Shown here in pieces: positions 10,421 through 19,492 of a DNA stretch of 64,000 bases. The position numbers and the translations under genes were made by a program. The notes under the pieces were generated by a model. It saw nothing but the letters and a program-made list of their open reading frames with translations, ran no database searches and had not been told where the DNA came from. Origin of the DNA: Desulfatiglandales bacterium (GTDB lineage Bacteria > Desulfobacterota > DSM-4660 > Desulfatiglandales > Desulfatiglandaceae); NCBI GenBank assembly GCA_963662465.1, contig OY759599.1:7840001-7904000 (forward strand), written 5' to 3'. Positions within the stretch are counted from its first letter, which is position 1. Each line of letters begins with the position of its first letter.

Positions 10421-11437
10421 GTGAAAAACATGTTCCGGACAAATCGGAAAGGTAAGCGGCCATTCGTTCTCATTTTGCAGATCGTGGCGGCGCTTGTTGG
10501 CTTCGCTTCCACTTCATATGCCGATGAGGGCGGCGTACCATTCTGGTTCTCGGGCCAATACGCGAGCCTCGCCGCCGTCCCGACCTCTCCTGGATGGTCG
10601 ATGCCGGTGCAGACCTACTACTACAACGGTAGCGCCTCAGGCGACAAGGAGTTGCGGCGCGGCAAGCAGGAGACGGCCGGGCTGGATACCACTGTTTCGT
10701 TGCTGCTGGCAAATCCGACCTACGCACCCGAGACCAGAATTTGGGGCGGACAACTGGCGTTGGGGTTGGGATTCGGATGGGGCTACAACGGCGTGGACGC
10801 CAGCGTCTCCGTAACAGGATCCATGAACGGATTGTGCCGTAGCGATTCGGTGACCGGCTTTACGGATTTATACCCCATAGCGAGCCTGGCCTGGGCCAAA
10901 GGCAACAACAATTGGATGACCTATGTCACCGGTGACATTCCGACCGGCAATTACAACTCGGACCGACTGGCCTATATTGGCATCGGGCATGGTGCAATTG
11001 ATGCGGGCGGCGGCTACACCTATTTTGATCAGAAGAACGGGCGCGAATTCTCGGCCGTCCTGGGATTCACCTACAACTTCGAGAATAATGATACGAACTA
11101 CCAAAACGGAATCGACGCACATTTGGACTGGGAAGTGTCACAGTTTCTGAACGAACATTGGCAAATCGGGATTGCGGGCTATGTCTATGGCCAGCTATCG
11201 GGCGATTCAGGTCCGAAACCATCCGACGAAGGCCTCAAGTCCGGCATCGCTTCGATCGGTCCGGAAATAGGTTATTCGTTCACAATGAATGGCCGGCCTG
11301 CCTATATCAACCTGCGCGGCTACCGGGAGTTCGCGGCGAAAAACCGCGTTGAGGGCGCCGCAGTGTTTGTCTCGATCTCCATTCCGCTTGGACGCAAGGC
11401 ATCAAAAACCTCGCGATTTTGTGATGTCGTTGACTAA
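10421..11437 (+). CDS. SphA/MetA-pathway (phenol degradation-like) outer-membrane beta-barrel
   Basis: Signal peptide, ADEGGVPFWFSGQYASLAAVP, GDIPTGNYNSDRLAYIGIGH and alternating beta strands. Confidence 0.8.
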   Translation: MKNMFRTNRKGKRPFVLILQIVAALVGFASTSYADEGGVPFWFSGQYASLAAVPTSPGWSMPVQTYYYNGSASGDKELRRGKQETAGLDTTVSLLLANPTYAPETRIWGGQLALGLGFGWGYNGVDASVSVTGSMNGLCRSDSVTGFTDLYPIASLAWAKGNNNWMTYVTGDIPTGNYNSDRLAYIGIGHGAIDAGGGYTYFDQKNGREFSAVLGFTYNFENNDTNYQNGIDAHLDWEVSQFLNEHWQIGIAGYVYGQLSGDSGPKPSDEGLKSGIASIGPEIGYSFTMNGRPAYINLRGYREFAAKNRVEGAAVFVSISIPLGRKASKTSRFCDVVD

Positions 11438-11496
11438 CGTAAAAAAATGTCGCAGTCATTTTGCAGTGGATGATATAGCTGAAACGATTTCATGAA

Positions 11497-13146
11497 ATGA
11501 TGAAGCAGGATGAAGCCATAACGACCACCCCGTCCGGCGATCCTGTTTCCGAGGTGCGCATGGGTTTCTTATCCAACAAGTGGGTCATTCTCTCTGTCTT
11601 TTGTCTGGTTCAAGTTTCAACAACCATGGACAATACGGCGCTCAGCAACGCCATCTCCGCCATGGTCGCGAGTTTTCACACGTCGGTGGCGGCGCTCCAG
11701 ACAGCCAGTGCCATCTATCCCCTGGTTGCCGGCGCCACCATGGTGGTCTTCGGCATGTTAGGCCTGCTCTGGGGATGGAAACGCCTCCTGCAGCTGGGGT
11801 TGCTCGCTCTGGTTGCAGGGGAAGTGATTGCAGCGGCAAGCCCGGACGTAATCGTTTTCACGTATGTTGCCCGCGTCCTGGCAGGCCTCGGCGCATCCAT
11901 GGCAATCCCGGCTGTCCTTGCCCTCACGGCGAAGCTCTACCAGGGGCGTGAACTGGTCACTGCGTTCGGCGCGTTGGGTGCGGCAAACGGCGTTGCGGCC
12001 GCCGCCGGTCCGATTGGCAGCGGCCTTGTGATCGTGGGGATGGGCTGGAGATGGGCATTCGTGATCCTCGCCGCACTGTTCGTCCTGGGATTTTTGGGTA
12101 CGTTCGGTTTGAAGACTGAGCACGAACGGGCGCCTGCCGTGCGTTTCGACGCCGTGGGCGCCCTTCTCGCGACCATCAGCCTGGTGGCGCTGATATTCGG
12201 ACTTGTCCAGATCAGCAGCTGGGGGATTGCAACCCCCATCCATGCGCCCTTTACCATTTTTGGCCTCTCTCCCTGCATTTATTTGTTGGTGGGAAGCGCG
12301 GTGGTTTTCTGGCTCTTCCTGGCCTGGGAGCGTGACCGTGAGTCCAAGGGGCACAGTGTGTTGATGCCCCAAGCCTTTCTCAAGACCCCGGCCGTACGCG
12401 CCGGCCTCTACATGAACGCGGTGGTATTCTTTGTGCTGGGATCGTTTTCGTTCGTGGTCATCACCTTCCTTCAAATCGTCGTGGGATACGATGCGATCAA
12501 GAGCGGCGCCGTGTTCAGCGTGTATGCGGTCGGCATGGTGATCTTCTCCCTTGCCACACCCATGATCCTGAAGGGCGTAAGCCCTCGGCGGGTCTGCCAG
12601 GCGGGCATTATACTCCTTGCCTTTTCCAGTTACTGGCTGGCCTTCGGCCTGGAAACCTCTGCCACAAACCCGAGCCTGCTGGTGGGACTTTTTCTAGCCG
12701 GAGTGGGCTGCGGGCTCCTTGCCTCCCAGTTCAGTGCGGTGATTGCCGGCGCGGTCCCCCAGTCCCTTGCCGAGCAGTCTGGAGGCGTTCAGGGGACGGC
12801 GAGAAACGTGGGGCAGGCCGTGGGGATTGCCGTCGTGGGGGCCATTCTGATTGCAGGCCTTACACAGTCAATCAAACACCAGACAAACCTGGACAAGGTC
12901 ATCGGGCCCCAGACCCAGGCTCGTGTTGCACTCGTCAAGGAGGCCCGGTTTGTCAGCAACGAGGATGCCCGGCGCTTCCTTGAGGATCTCAAAGTCCCGC
13001 AGCAGCAAGCGGTTCAGCTGATGTATATTAACCAGCGGGCCCGGCTCAGCGCCGCCCGTATGTCGGTTCTGGGGATGGGAGCGCTCTGCCTGCTCTTTCT
13101 CTTTCCCACAACGGGCTTGCCGCATAATAAAGGAGAAAAGTCATGA
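11497..13146 (+). CDS. MFS transporter, 14-TM DHA2-like
   Basis: About 14 hydrophobic segments; ARVLAGLGAS, AAGPIGSG and GWRWAF motifs. Confidence 0.9.
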   Translation: MMKQDEAITTTPSGDPVSEVRMGFLSNKWVILSVFCLVQVSTTMDNTALSNAISAMVASFHTSVAALQTASAIYPLVAGATMVVFGMLGLLWGWKRLLQLGLLALVAGEVIAAASPDVIVFTYVARVLAGLGASMAIPAVLALTAKLYQGRELVTAFGALGAANGVAAAAGPIGSGLVIVGMGWRWAFVILAALFVLGFLGTFGLKTEHERAPAVRFDAVGALLATISLVALIFGLVQISSWGIATPIHAPFTIFGLSPCIYLLVGSAVVFWLFLAWERDRESKGHSVLMPQAFLKTPAVRAGLYMNAVVFFVLGSFSFVVITFLQIVVGYDAIKSGAVFSVYAVGMVIFSLATPMILKGVSPRRVCQAGIILLAFSSYWLAFGLETSATNPSLLVGLFLAGVGCGLLASQFSAVIAGAVPQSLAEQSGGVQGTARNVGQAVGIAVVGAILIAGLTQSIKHQTNLDKVIGPQTQARVALVKEARFVSNEDARRFLEDLKVPQQQAVQLMYINQRARLSAARMSVLGMGALCLLFLFPTTGLPHNKGEKS

Positions 13147-14756
13147 ATGAGAAAACAGATGCCAGGGTACAAATCTTTTCTAACGGAACCATCTATCTGG
13201 ACCCTGTACGAAAAGTGGGGAATATGGTCGTCAAGGACGGAAAGGTTCACGCTCTGGATGTGGATCCGGCCGTGTATAAGGACGCGGACGTCGTTGACCT
13301 GGGAGGTAGTGCGGCATACCCGGGCTTTATGGACAGCCATGTCCACCTGGTAGCCATGGCGGTTGTGGCAGGTAGTGGAATAAGACTGGACGGGACTTCA
13401 AAAGCGGAAGACATCGCCAGGGTTGCCGCCGAGGCATGCGCCAAGCTTCCGGCAGGTATGCCGGCATTGGGGATGGGGTATATGCTGAAAGATTACGATG
13501 CATGGACCCTGGATGACCTGGCAAGGATCGATGAGGCCATAAACGACAGGGCAGTCTTGTTGGCCGATCAAACAGGACACAGTTATATTGCAAACAGCGT
13601 GGCCATGAAGAAGAGCGGCCTCACAGGAGATACTGCTGATCCGCCGGGAGGGAAAATCGTTCGTCAAAACGGTGTGCCCACCGGCATGCTGCGGGAAAAC
13701 GCCGGATACCTGGTGGGAAACAAGGCCATTTTTCCGTTCATTTCGGATGCGATGATTGAAAGCGGCCTCATCAACCTGTTCAATACGTGGGCGTCCATGG
13801 GTTATACCTCCATTCTGGAACTGATGGGGGGGCCGATGGGCAGGATATTCAAACCGGATCTCTGCAAAAAGCTGGAGCGGGAAGGAAGACTGCCGCTTCG
13901 GGTGAATTACGCATTCACGTTCTTTGATGCGAACGAGATTGACGCCCTGGCGGACATGGGAAAGGATACCGAGATGGTCCGCTTTGCGGGTCTCAAGCTC
14001 TTTGTGGATGGAGCGGCCGGTAATGGAGGGGCCTGGACGACGTTTGCCAATACACTTGGCGAAAACGGCCTGTTCGCCGTGTATGATGATGACACCTATG
14101 GTGAAAAATATAATATCAACAGAATCGTACAAAAAGCCGACGAACGGGGATTGGATGTCCATTACCACGTGCAGGGGGATGAAGCCGTCGAGGTGGTACT
14201 GGGGGCCATTGAAGCCGTCCTGGAGAAAAAAGGACGTCTGAACAGTGTTCATACGCTCTACCATCTCGGGTTTGTCACGGACGGGCAGATCGAGCGCATG
14301 AAAAAGTTAGGGGATCACATTGTTGCAGGAGTTCAGCCCGCCATGCACTGGGGTTTCATGAAACAAACCCTCATTGATTTCTACGGGGAACACGGAAGAG
14401 TTTCCTACCCCTACAAGAAGTTCAAGGATGCCGGGATTATCCTGGCGTATTCCAGTGATTACCCTTCAAACAGACTGCCGTTTTGCGGGCCCACCGCAAA
14501 TATGGAGGTCAGTTTGACCGGAGGCGGAGACCCTGTGAGCCATCCGCCGCTGAGCATGGAAGATCTTATTCGGGGTTTTACCACAGGGAGCGGAGCCACG
14601 GTTTGCATGCAGAATACAGGGTTGCTTGACGTAGGCTACAGGGCGGATATGGTTGTATTTGACAAAGACCTCTATTCGATTCCCGTACAGGAGCTGAGCA
14701 AGGATAATCCCAAGGTTCTGTCAACCTGGATCGGCGGTCGCAAGGTGATAGTTTAG
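13143..14756 (+). CDS. Amidohydrolase family 3 (YtcJ-like) metallohydrolase
   Basis: PGFMDSHVH, GHSYIANS, KLFVDG, HVQGD, SSDYP, ADMVVFD; ATGA overlap with the MFS gene. Confidence 0.9.
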   Translation: MNEKTDARVQIFSNGTIYLDPVRKVGNMVVKDGKVHALDVDPAVYKDADVVDLGGSAAYPGFMDSHVHLVAMAVVAGSGIRLDGTSKAEDIARVAAEACAKLPAGMPALGMGYMLKDYDAWTLDDLARIDEAINDRAVLLADQTGHSYIANSVAMKKSGLTGDTADPPGGKIVRQNGVPTGMLRENAGYLVGNKAIFPFISDAMIESGLINLFNTWASMGYTSILELMGGPMGRIFKPDLCKKLEREGRLPLRVNYAFTFFDANEIDALADMGKDTEMVRFAGLKLFVDGAAGNGGAWTTFANTLGENGLFAVYDDDTYGEKYNINRIVQKADERGLDVHYHVQGDEAVEVVLGAIEAVLEKKGRLNSVHTLYHLGFVTDGQIERMKKLGDHIVAGVQPAMHWGFMKQTLIDFYGEHGRVSYPYKKFKDAGIILAYSSDYPSNRLPFCGPTANMEVSLTGGGDPVSHPPLSMEDLIRGFTTGSGATVCMQNTGLLDVGYRADMVVFDKDLYSIPVQELSKDNPKVLSTWIGGRKVIV

Positions 14757-14800
14757 AAAATCGTTGAATCCCGGGGACGTCCCGCACGGGAAAAGACAAT

Positions 14801-15527
14801 GGGACGTTCGTCAGATTATAAGTTACGTTTTGGTTTTTCATTTTTCATTTGTATAGAGTGTCATCATGCCAAGAAAAGTCCGCATAGATGCCCCAGGAGT
14901 GCTACACCACGTTATTGCCAGGGGGATAGGCCGTCGAAAAGGTTTGATGATGATGACGACCGAGATTTTTTTATTGAACGGTTGGGGAAAATTGTTTCTG
15001 GTACGGAAACACAATGTTTTGCGTGGGCGCTGATGCCCAATCATTTCCATTTGCTTTTGAAAACCGGCATTATCCCTATCTCTACGGTGATGAAACGCCT
15101 CTTAACCGGTTACGCCATGCACTATAACCGAAGACACAAGCGGTATGGCCATCTGTTTCAAAACCGATACAAGTCAATCCTCTGTCAGGAAGATTCATAT
15201 CTATTGGAACTGATGCGCTATGTGCATTTGAACCCGTTTCGGGCAAAATTGGTATCTGATCTAAAGGAGTTGGGCGATCATCTTTACAGCGGGCGTAACG
15301 TTCTTATGGGGAGGGTAACCGCGGAGTGGCGGAACAGGACAATCCTCGGGTTGTTTGGCGACAAGGTGTCCGTTGGGCAGCGGCGGTACTTGGAATTTGT
15401 GAAAAAGGGGTTAAGCCGGAAACTGGGGATTTCCCAAGCAGCGGTAAGCCTTTCGGTAGGTAGAGGACGTCGGATTGCATTAGAAAATCACTATGAGATT
15501 GGGAACTTATAAACTGACGAACCCCCT
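14801..15527 (+). mobile_element. Degenerate RAYT/Y1 transposase element bounded by terminal inverted repeats
   Basis: ATG at 14866 reads MPRKVRIDAPGVLHHVIARG, frameshift near 14940, then WALMPNHFHLL, GHLFQNRYKS, YVHLNP. Inverted repeats gttcgtcagattataagtt (14806-14824) and aacttataaactgacgaac (15504-15522). Confidence 0.85.
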
Positions 15528-15569
15528 GGTTTCCCGTATGTGTCAAACGCCTCTGTTGTCATGAAGCAT

Positions 15570-15998
15570 TTATTGTTTTTTTAGGAATTCCAGAAACTGC
15601 CGGACAGTGAAGATGGGGATCTGTTTGTATTCACCCAGATCAAGAAGATGTCGGTCACCACTGACGATGAGGTCTGCTTTTGCATCCAGGGCAGCTGCAA
15701 GGAACATCTCATCGGTGGGGTCTTTGGGAATGGCCCCTGCGACAACCGATAAGCCAGGTACAACGATGGCATCTTTTTCTAACAATAATATAAGTCTTTC
15801 AATCAGGTCGTCGGAAAGGCCATATTTCTCCCGAATGTGAGAGGTTTCAACGACCCTCTTAATCTCGGAGATGATTGACCGGGATGTAATAAGAAGATAT
15901 TGGCCGGCCTGCCAGTTATCGATAACCATGGCAGGACTGCCGGCTTTTGATAGAAGACTACTTACGAAGATGTTGGTATCAAGAACTACCTTCAGCAT
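15570..15998 (-). CDS. PIN-domain toxin (VapC-like)
   Basis: VVLDTNIFVS, DPTDEMFL, IVSGDRHLL. Confidence 0.9.
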   Translation of the reverse strand: MLKVVLDTNIFVSSLLSKAGSPAMVIDNWQAGQYLLITSRSIISEIKRVVETSHIREKYGLSDDLIERLILLLEKDAIVVPGLSVVAGAIPKDPTDEMFLAAALDAKADLIVSGDRHLLDLGEYKQIPIFTVRQFLEFLKKQ

Positions 15999-16266
15999 GG
16001 GCGCTCCTCAACGCATCGATGGCCTGAATCACGTCCTTTTCAATCTCCTCGGGGGATACATCGGGAAGGTGCGACCGGATCTGATCGAGCACTTCGAAAC
16101 GGGTGCGGCGCTCTGCAACCAGCCGCTCATAAGTGTCAACCGGAATCAGAGCAGCCATAGGGCGGCCGGAGCGCTCCACGATAACTTCTTCGCCCCCATA
16201 ACGGATGCTTCCCATAATGTCGGCAAATCTGTTTCGGGCCTCCCGGGCACTGACGTGTATGGCCAT
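15979..16266 (-). CDS. Phd/YefM-family antitoxin
   Basis: SAREARNRFADIM...VIVERSGRPMAALIP; overlaps the PIN gene. Confidence 0.9.
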   Translation of the reverse strand: MAIHVSAREARNRFADIMGSIRYGGEEVIVERSGRPMAALIPVDTYERLVAERRTRFEVLDQIRSHLPDVSPEEIEKDVIQAIDALRSAHAEGSS

Positions 16267-16297
16267 GGTAAATACCTCCTTGATAGGGTTACGAAAG

Positions 16298-16326
16298 AGA
16301 CTAAGTCATTTTGCATGTTTTGTCAA
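16298..16326 (-). promoter_or_regulatory. Sigma70-type promoter of the Phd/PIN operon
   Basis: TTGACA-17 nt-TAGTCT on the minus strand, followed by RBS aggagg. Confidence 0.6.
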
Positions 16327-16388
16327 CTGTGTACGCAATAGCCAAACCCGCTTCTCTCTGAGATCCCTGCGAACTCTGTGAGAGATAC

Positions 16389-16690
16389 CTTGAAAGCTAC
16401 GCCCTGGATGCCATCGACTGGCATGACCAGGACAAAGAACATAAGGCACTCAAAAGCGAAGTTACCAAATTCCAGAAAAAAGCCTCGAGGCTGACGCTGA
16501 AGGCTGGCCGTCCGTGGGTCTTGGCACCGACTTCCGGCTGGAATCCAGGAAGGTGACGGGCTTTGCACTGGCCCTTGATGATCAGCTGAATCACGTCTCT
16601 ATTTTTGCCCGGACAAATGGTCAGGATAGAGATGCTGCTGATTCAAAAATTGAGAGATTTTCAAGAAGGAGACGGAATCGAAGAGCATAG
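16389..16690 (+). pseudogene. C-terminal remnant of an ARPP-1/DUF6569-like protein, frameshifted
   Basis: LESYALDAIDW...(shift)...PSVGLGTDFRLES..GFALALDDQLNHVSIF. Confidence 0.5.
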
Positions 16691-16694
16691 AGAA

Positions 16695-16945
16695 AACGGT
16701 TGGGGAAAATTGGTATCTGATATAAAGGAGTTGGGTGATCATCCTTACAGCGGGCGTAGCGTACTTATGGGGAGGGTAACCGCGGAGTGGCGGAACACGA
16801 CAATCCTCGGGTTGTTTGGCGATAAGGTGTCCGTTGCGCGGCGGCGGTACTTGGGATTTCCCAAGCAGCGGTAAGTCTTTCGGTAAGCAGAGGACATCGG
16901 ATTGTATTAGAAAATCACTATGAGATTGAGAACTTATAAACTGAC
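16695..16945 (+). mobile_element. Second, internally deleted copy of the RAYT element, keeping most of the right inverted repeat
   Basis: High identity to 14977-14994 plus 15245-15518; ends aacttataaactgac. Confidence 0.85.
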
Positions 16946-17046
16946 CCGCTCAAAAACACTTGACTCTCAAGTGCGTTCATGTAAAAGGAAATTTTTCCAT
17001 GCGCATTTTATCAAAACGGCTGTATCGCCAAACGGAGTAATGAAGA

Positions 17047-18210
17047 GTGCAATTATCAGAAGAAGAAGTCGGGCTTAGGCGGGCCTGGATATCGGAACTG
17101 TACCTTGAGCATGAAGCCATCAGCTGGCAGTACCGGGTCGATCTCCGGAAGCCTTTTATTGAAATTACGAACTCGAAAAGTGAGTGGGGAGCCTGGCATG
17201 TGGGTGCCAGGATAATGAAAATCTCCGGTGTTCTCATCATGGAGCATTCGTGGGATATCACCCTCAATGTGTTCAAGCATGAGATGGCTCACCAGATCGT
17301 TTCGGAGGTCTTTCACAGTAGTGATGGACACGGTCCCTATTTTGACAGGGCCTGTGACATGATCGGCGTGCCGGAGGCGTTCCGGAGCGCAAGTGGGGAC
17401 CTGCCCCGTAAGATTGTTGATTTCAGGGATGAACCGATCGAATCGGAAAACATGAGGATGCTGGAGAAGGTGCGGAAACTTTTATCCCTGGGTCAGTCGG
17501 CCAATGAAAACGAAGCGTTTCTTGCCATGACAAAGGCCAATGAGCTGATTGAGAAGTATAACATCGACCGCATTGAGCGGGATCGCGCCGCCGGATTTGC
17601 CTATGCCGTCATCAATCATAAAAAGAAACGGATGGAAAACTACCAGCGACGGATCGGGCATATCCTTCACGAACATTTTTTTGTCGATATTGTATACTCC
17701 CACCAGTTCGACCCCGGGGATTGCCAGACTTACAGGACCATTGAGCTGCTGGGGACCGTCGAGAATGTCCGCATTGCGGAATATGTCTACTATTTCATGC
17801 TGAACCAGATGGAGATCCTCTGGAAGGCCCATCAGCGAAAGCGAGTGGGGAAGGGCGCCCGGAATAAGCGATCATATCGGCTGGGCGTGATTAAAGGCTT
17901 CCATGAGAAATTGGATCATCAAGCGAAGGAGCGGATGAAGCAGCGTGCGGGAGGGCCAATGGTCCGACGGGGTTTTGATAATGACGGGCACCAGACCATG
18001 AGCGCCCTGATCTGTTCGGAAGACAAGGCATTGAAGTCATTTGTAAACATGCGTTTCCCCCGATTGTCCGGCTACAGGAGTCAGCGGGCGAAGATCGACC
18101 CCGACATGTATCAGGCCGGGGTTCAGGACGGGAAGGACCTCAATCTCCACAAAGGTATTGAACGTCGGGATGGGAACAGGGGCCGATTGCTGCCCGGCGG
18201 GTGCGGATAA
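17047..18210 (+). CDS. SprT-like zinc metalloprotease fused to a DUF2786 domain
   Basis: HEMAH...HGPYF; LEKVRKLLSLGQSANENEA; SYRLG. Confidence 0.85.
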   Translation: MQLSEEEVGLRRAWISELYLEHEAISWQYRVDLRKPFIEITNSKSEWGAWHVGARIMKISGVLIMEHSWDITLNVFKHEMAHQIVSEVFHSSDGHGPYFDRACDMIGVPEAFRSASGDLPRKIVDFRDEPIESENMRMLEKVRKLLSLGQSANENEAFLAMTKANELIEKYNIDRIERDRAAGFAYAVINHKKKRMENYQRRIGHILHEHFFVDIVYSHQFDPGDCQTYRTIELLGTVENVRIAEYVYYFMLNQMEILWKAHQRKRVGKGARNKRSYRLGVIKGFHEKLDHQAKERMKQRAGGPMVRRGFDNDGHQTMSALICSEDKALKSFVNMRFPRLSGYRSQRAKIDPDMYQAGVQDGKDLNLHKGIERRDGNRGRLLPGGCG

Positions 18211-18300
18211 AGATTCCGCCAAAGGATTTGAAGGTCAAAGCGGATCAGATTCGAACGCTCGACCAGAAAAGGCTGGTGAAATTCATCGGCTCTCTGATTG
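18201..18300 (+). pseudogene. MazF/PemK toxin C-terminal remnant
   Basis: KVKADQIRTLDQKRLVKFIGSL matches the PemK DQIRT(L/I)D..RL..IG motif. Confidence 0.55.
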
Positions 18301-18432
18301 TGCCGGGATGCGGCGGAAATCATTTTGTGAAGCAGCTGCGGTGTGTGGAAGAGGGGCCTGTGATTTCCGGTATTCTGACGGTTTTTCAATGAATTATGGG
18401 TTTCCTTAATCTTCCGTTATCCTCTGTTTTTC

Positions 18433-18467
18433 AACCGTAAACCGGCAACCGTAAACCGTGAACGGTT
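18433..18467. repeat. Heptamer tandem AACCGTA-like x5, REP-like
   Basis: aaccgta aaccggc aaccgta aaccgtg aacggtt. Confidence 0.6.
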
Positions 18468-18489
18468 AGTTGCTAAGGAGAAACATAAG

Positions 18490-19045
18490 ATGAAAAAAAT
18501 ATTCGTTCTGTTGATGACGGCAGCCCTTCTATTTCCGGTGTGCAATGTTGCGGCTGTCATCAACATCAAACTGGCCGTCGTGACCAAACCCGGTTCGGCC
18601 CAGAACATTGTGGCGGGGAAATTCAAGGAACTCATCGAAAAACGCTCCCATGGGGACATCAGGGTCAAGATCTTTCATTCGGCATCTCTGGGGAACGAAA
18701 CGGAAATTCTTCAGCAGGTTCAGATGAACTCCATTCAGATGGCCATTATTACCGGGGGGCCCTTTGATACCTTCGACCCCATGGCCCGGGTGATCAATTA
18801 CCCATTCCTTTTTAAGAATTATGAAGCGGTGGACAGAATCCTGGACGGGCCCCTGGGGGCCGAACTGTTGAAGCATCTTGAAAGTTCCGGTTTCAAGGGC
18901 CTTTGCTTTTCCGAAAACGGTTTTCGAAATCTCACCAACAGCAAACGGCCGGTCAAAAGCGTCGATGACCTCAAAGGCCTTAAAATCAGGGTCATGAATT
19001 CCGCCATTCACAAAGCCATCTGGCAGTCTCTGGGGGCCAACCCTC
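18490..19045 (+). pseudogene. dctP: TRAP solute-binding protein DctP, C-terminally deleted
   Basis: ENGFRNLTN, DLKGLKIRV, WQSLGANP, then reads out of frame through dctQ. Confidence 0.85.
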
Positions 19046-19048
19046 TGG

Positions 19049-19492
19049 ATGGAGTATCTGCTGTTCGGGCTCGGTTTTACCATGACCCTTGTGGTGGCCG
19101 TTCAGGTCCTGTGCCGCTATGCGTTCAATTATTCCCTTTTCTGGTCCGAGGAGCTGGCGCGCTATCTCCTGGTCTGGTTGTCATTCCTGGGCGCTTCGGT
19201 GGCCTATCGCCGCAAGGCCCACCCCGGCATCGATATGTTGCAAGCAAAAATGCCGGATGTTCTCCGGAAATTTTCCATCATCACGGTTCACCTGGCATCT
19301 CTCAGCCTGTTTTTCGTCATGATTTTTTCCGGGTGCCGGTTTGCCTATTTTGTGCGGCTTCAGATATCCCCGGCCCTGTATCTGCCCAAATGGATCGTCT
19401 TCGGCATCGTCCCCATCAGCGGTTTTATTTTGATGATCCATTGTATTCATTTTCTGCTGAAGGACTTGGTCCAGGAACGCCGTGACCACTGA
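19049..19492 (+). CDS. dctQ: TRAP small permease DctQ, N-terminus probably clipped
   Basis: QVLCRY..N..LFWSEELARYLLVWLSFLGA...HPGID. Confidence 0.85.
   Translation: MEYLLFGLGFTMTLVVAVQVLCRYAFNYSLFWSEELARYLLVWLSFLGASVAYRRKAHPGIDMLQAKMPDVLRKFSIITVHLASLSLFFVMIFSGCRFAYFVRLQISPALYLPKWIVFGIVPISGFILMIHCIHFLLKDLVQERRDH

Noticed and set aside
19046..19485. C-terminal half of the 331-aa DctP ORF as a novel fusion domain
   Set aside because: It is an out-of-frame read of dctQ.
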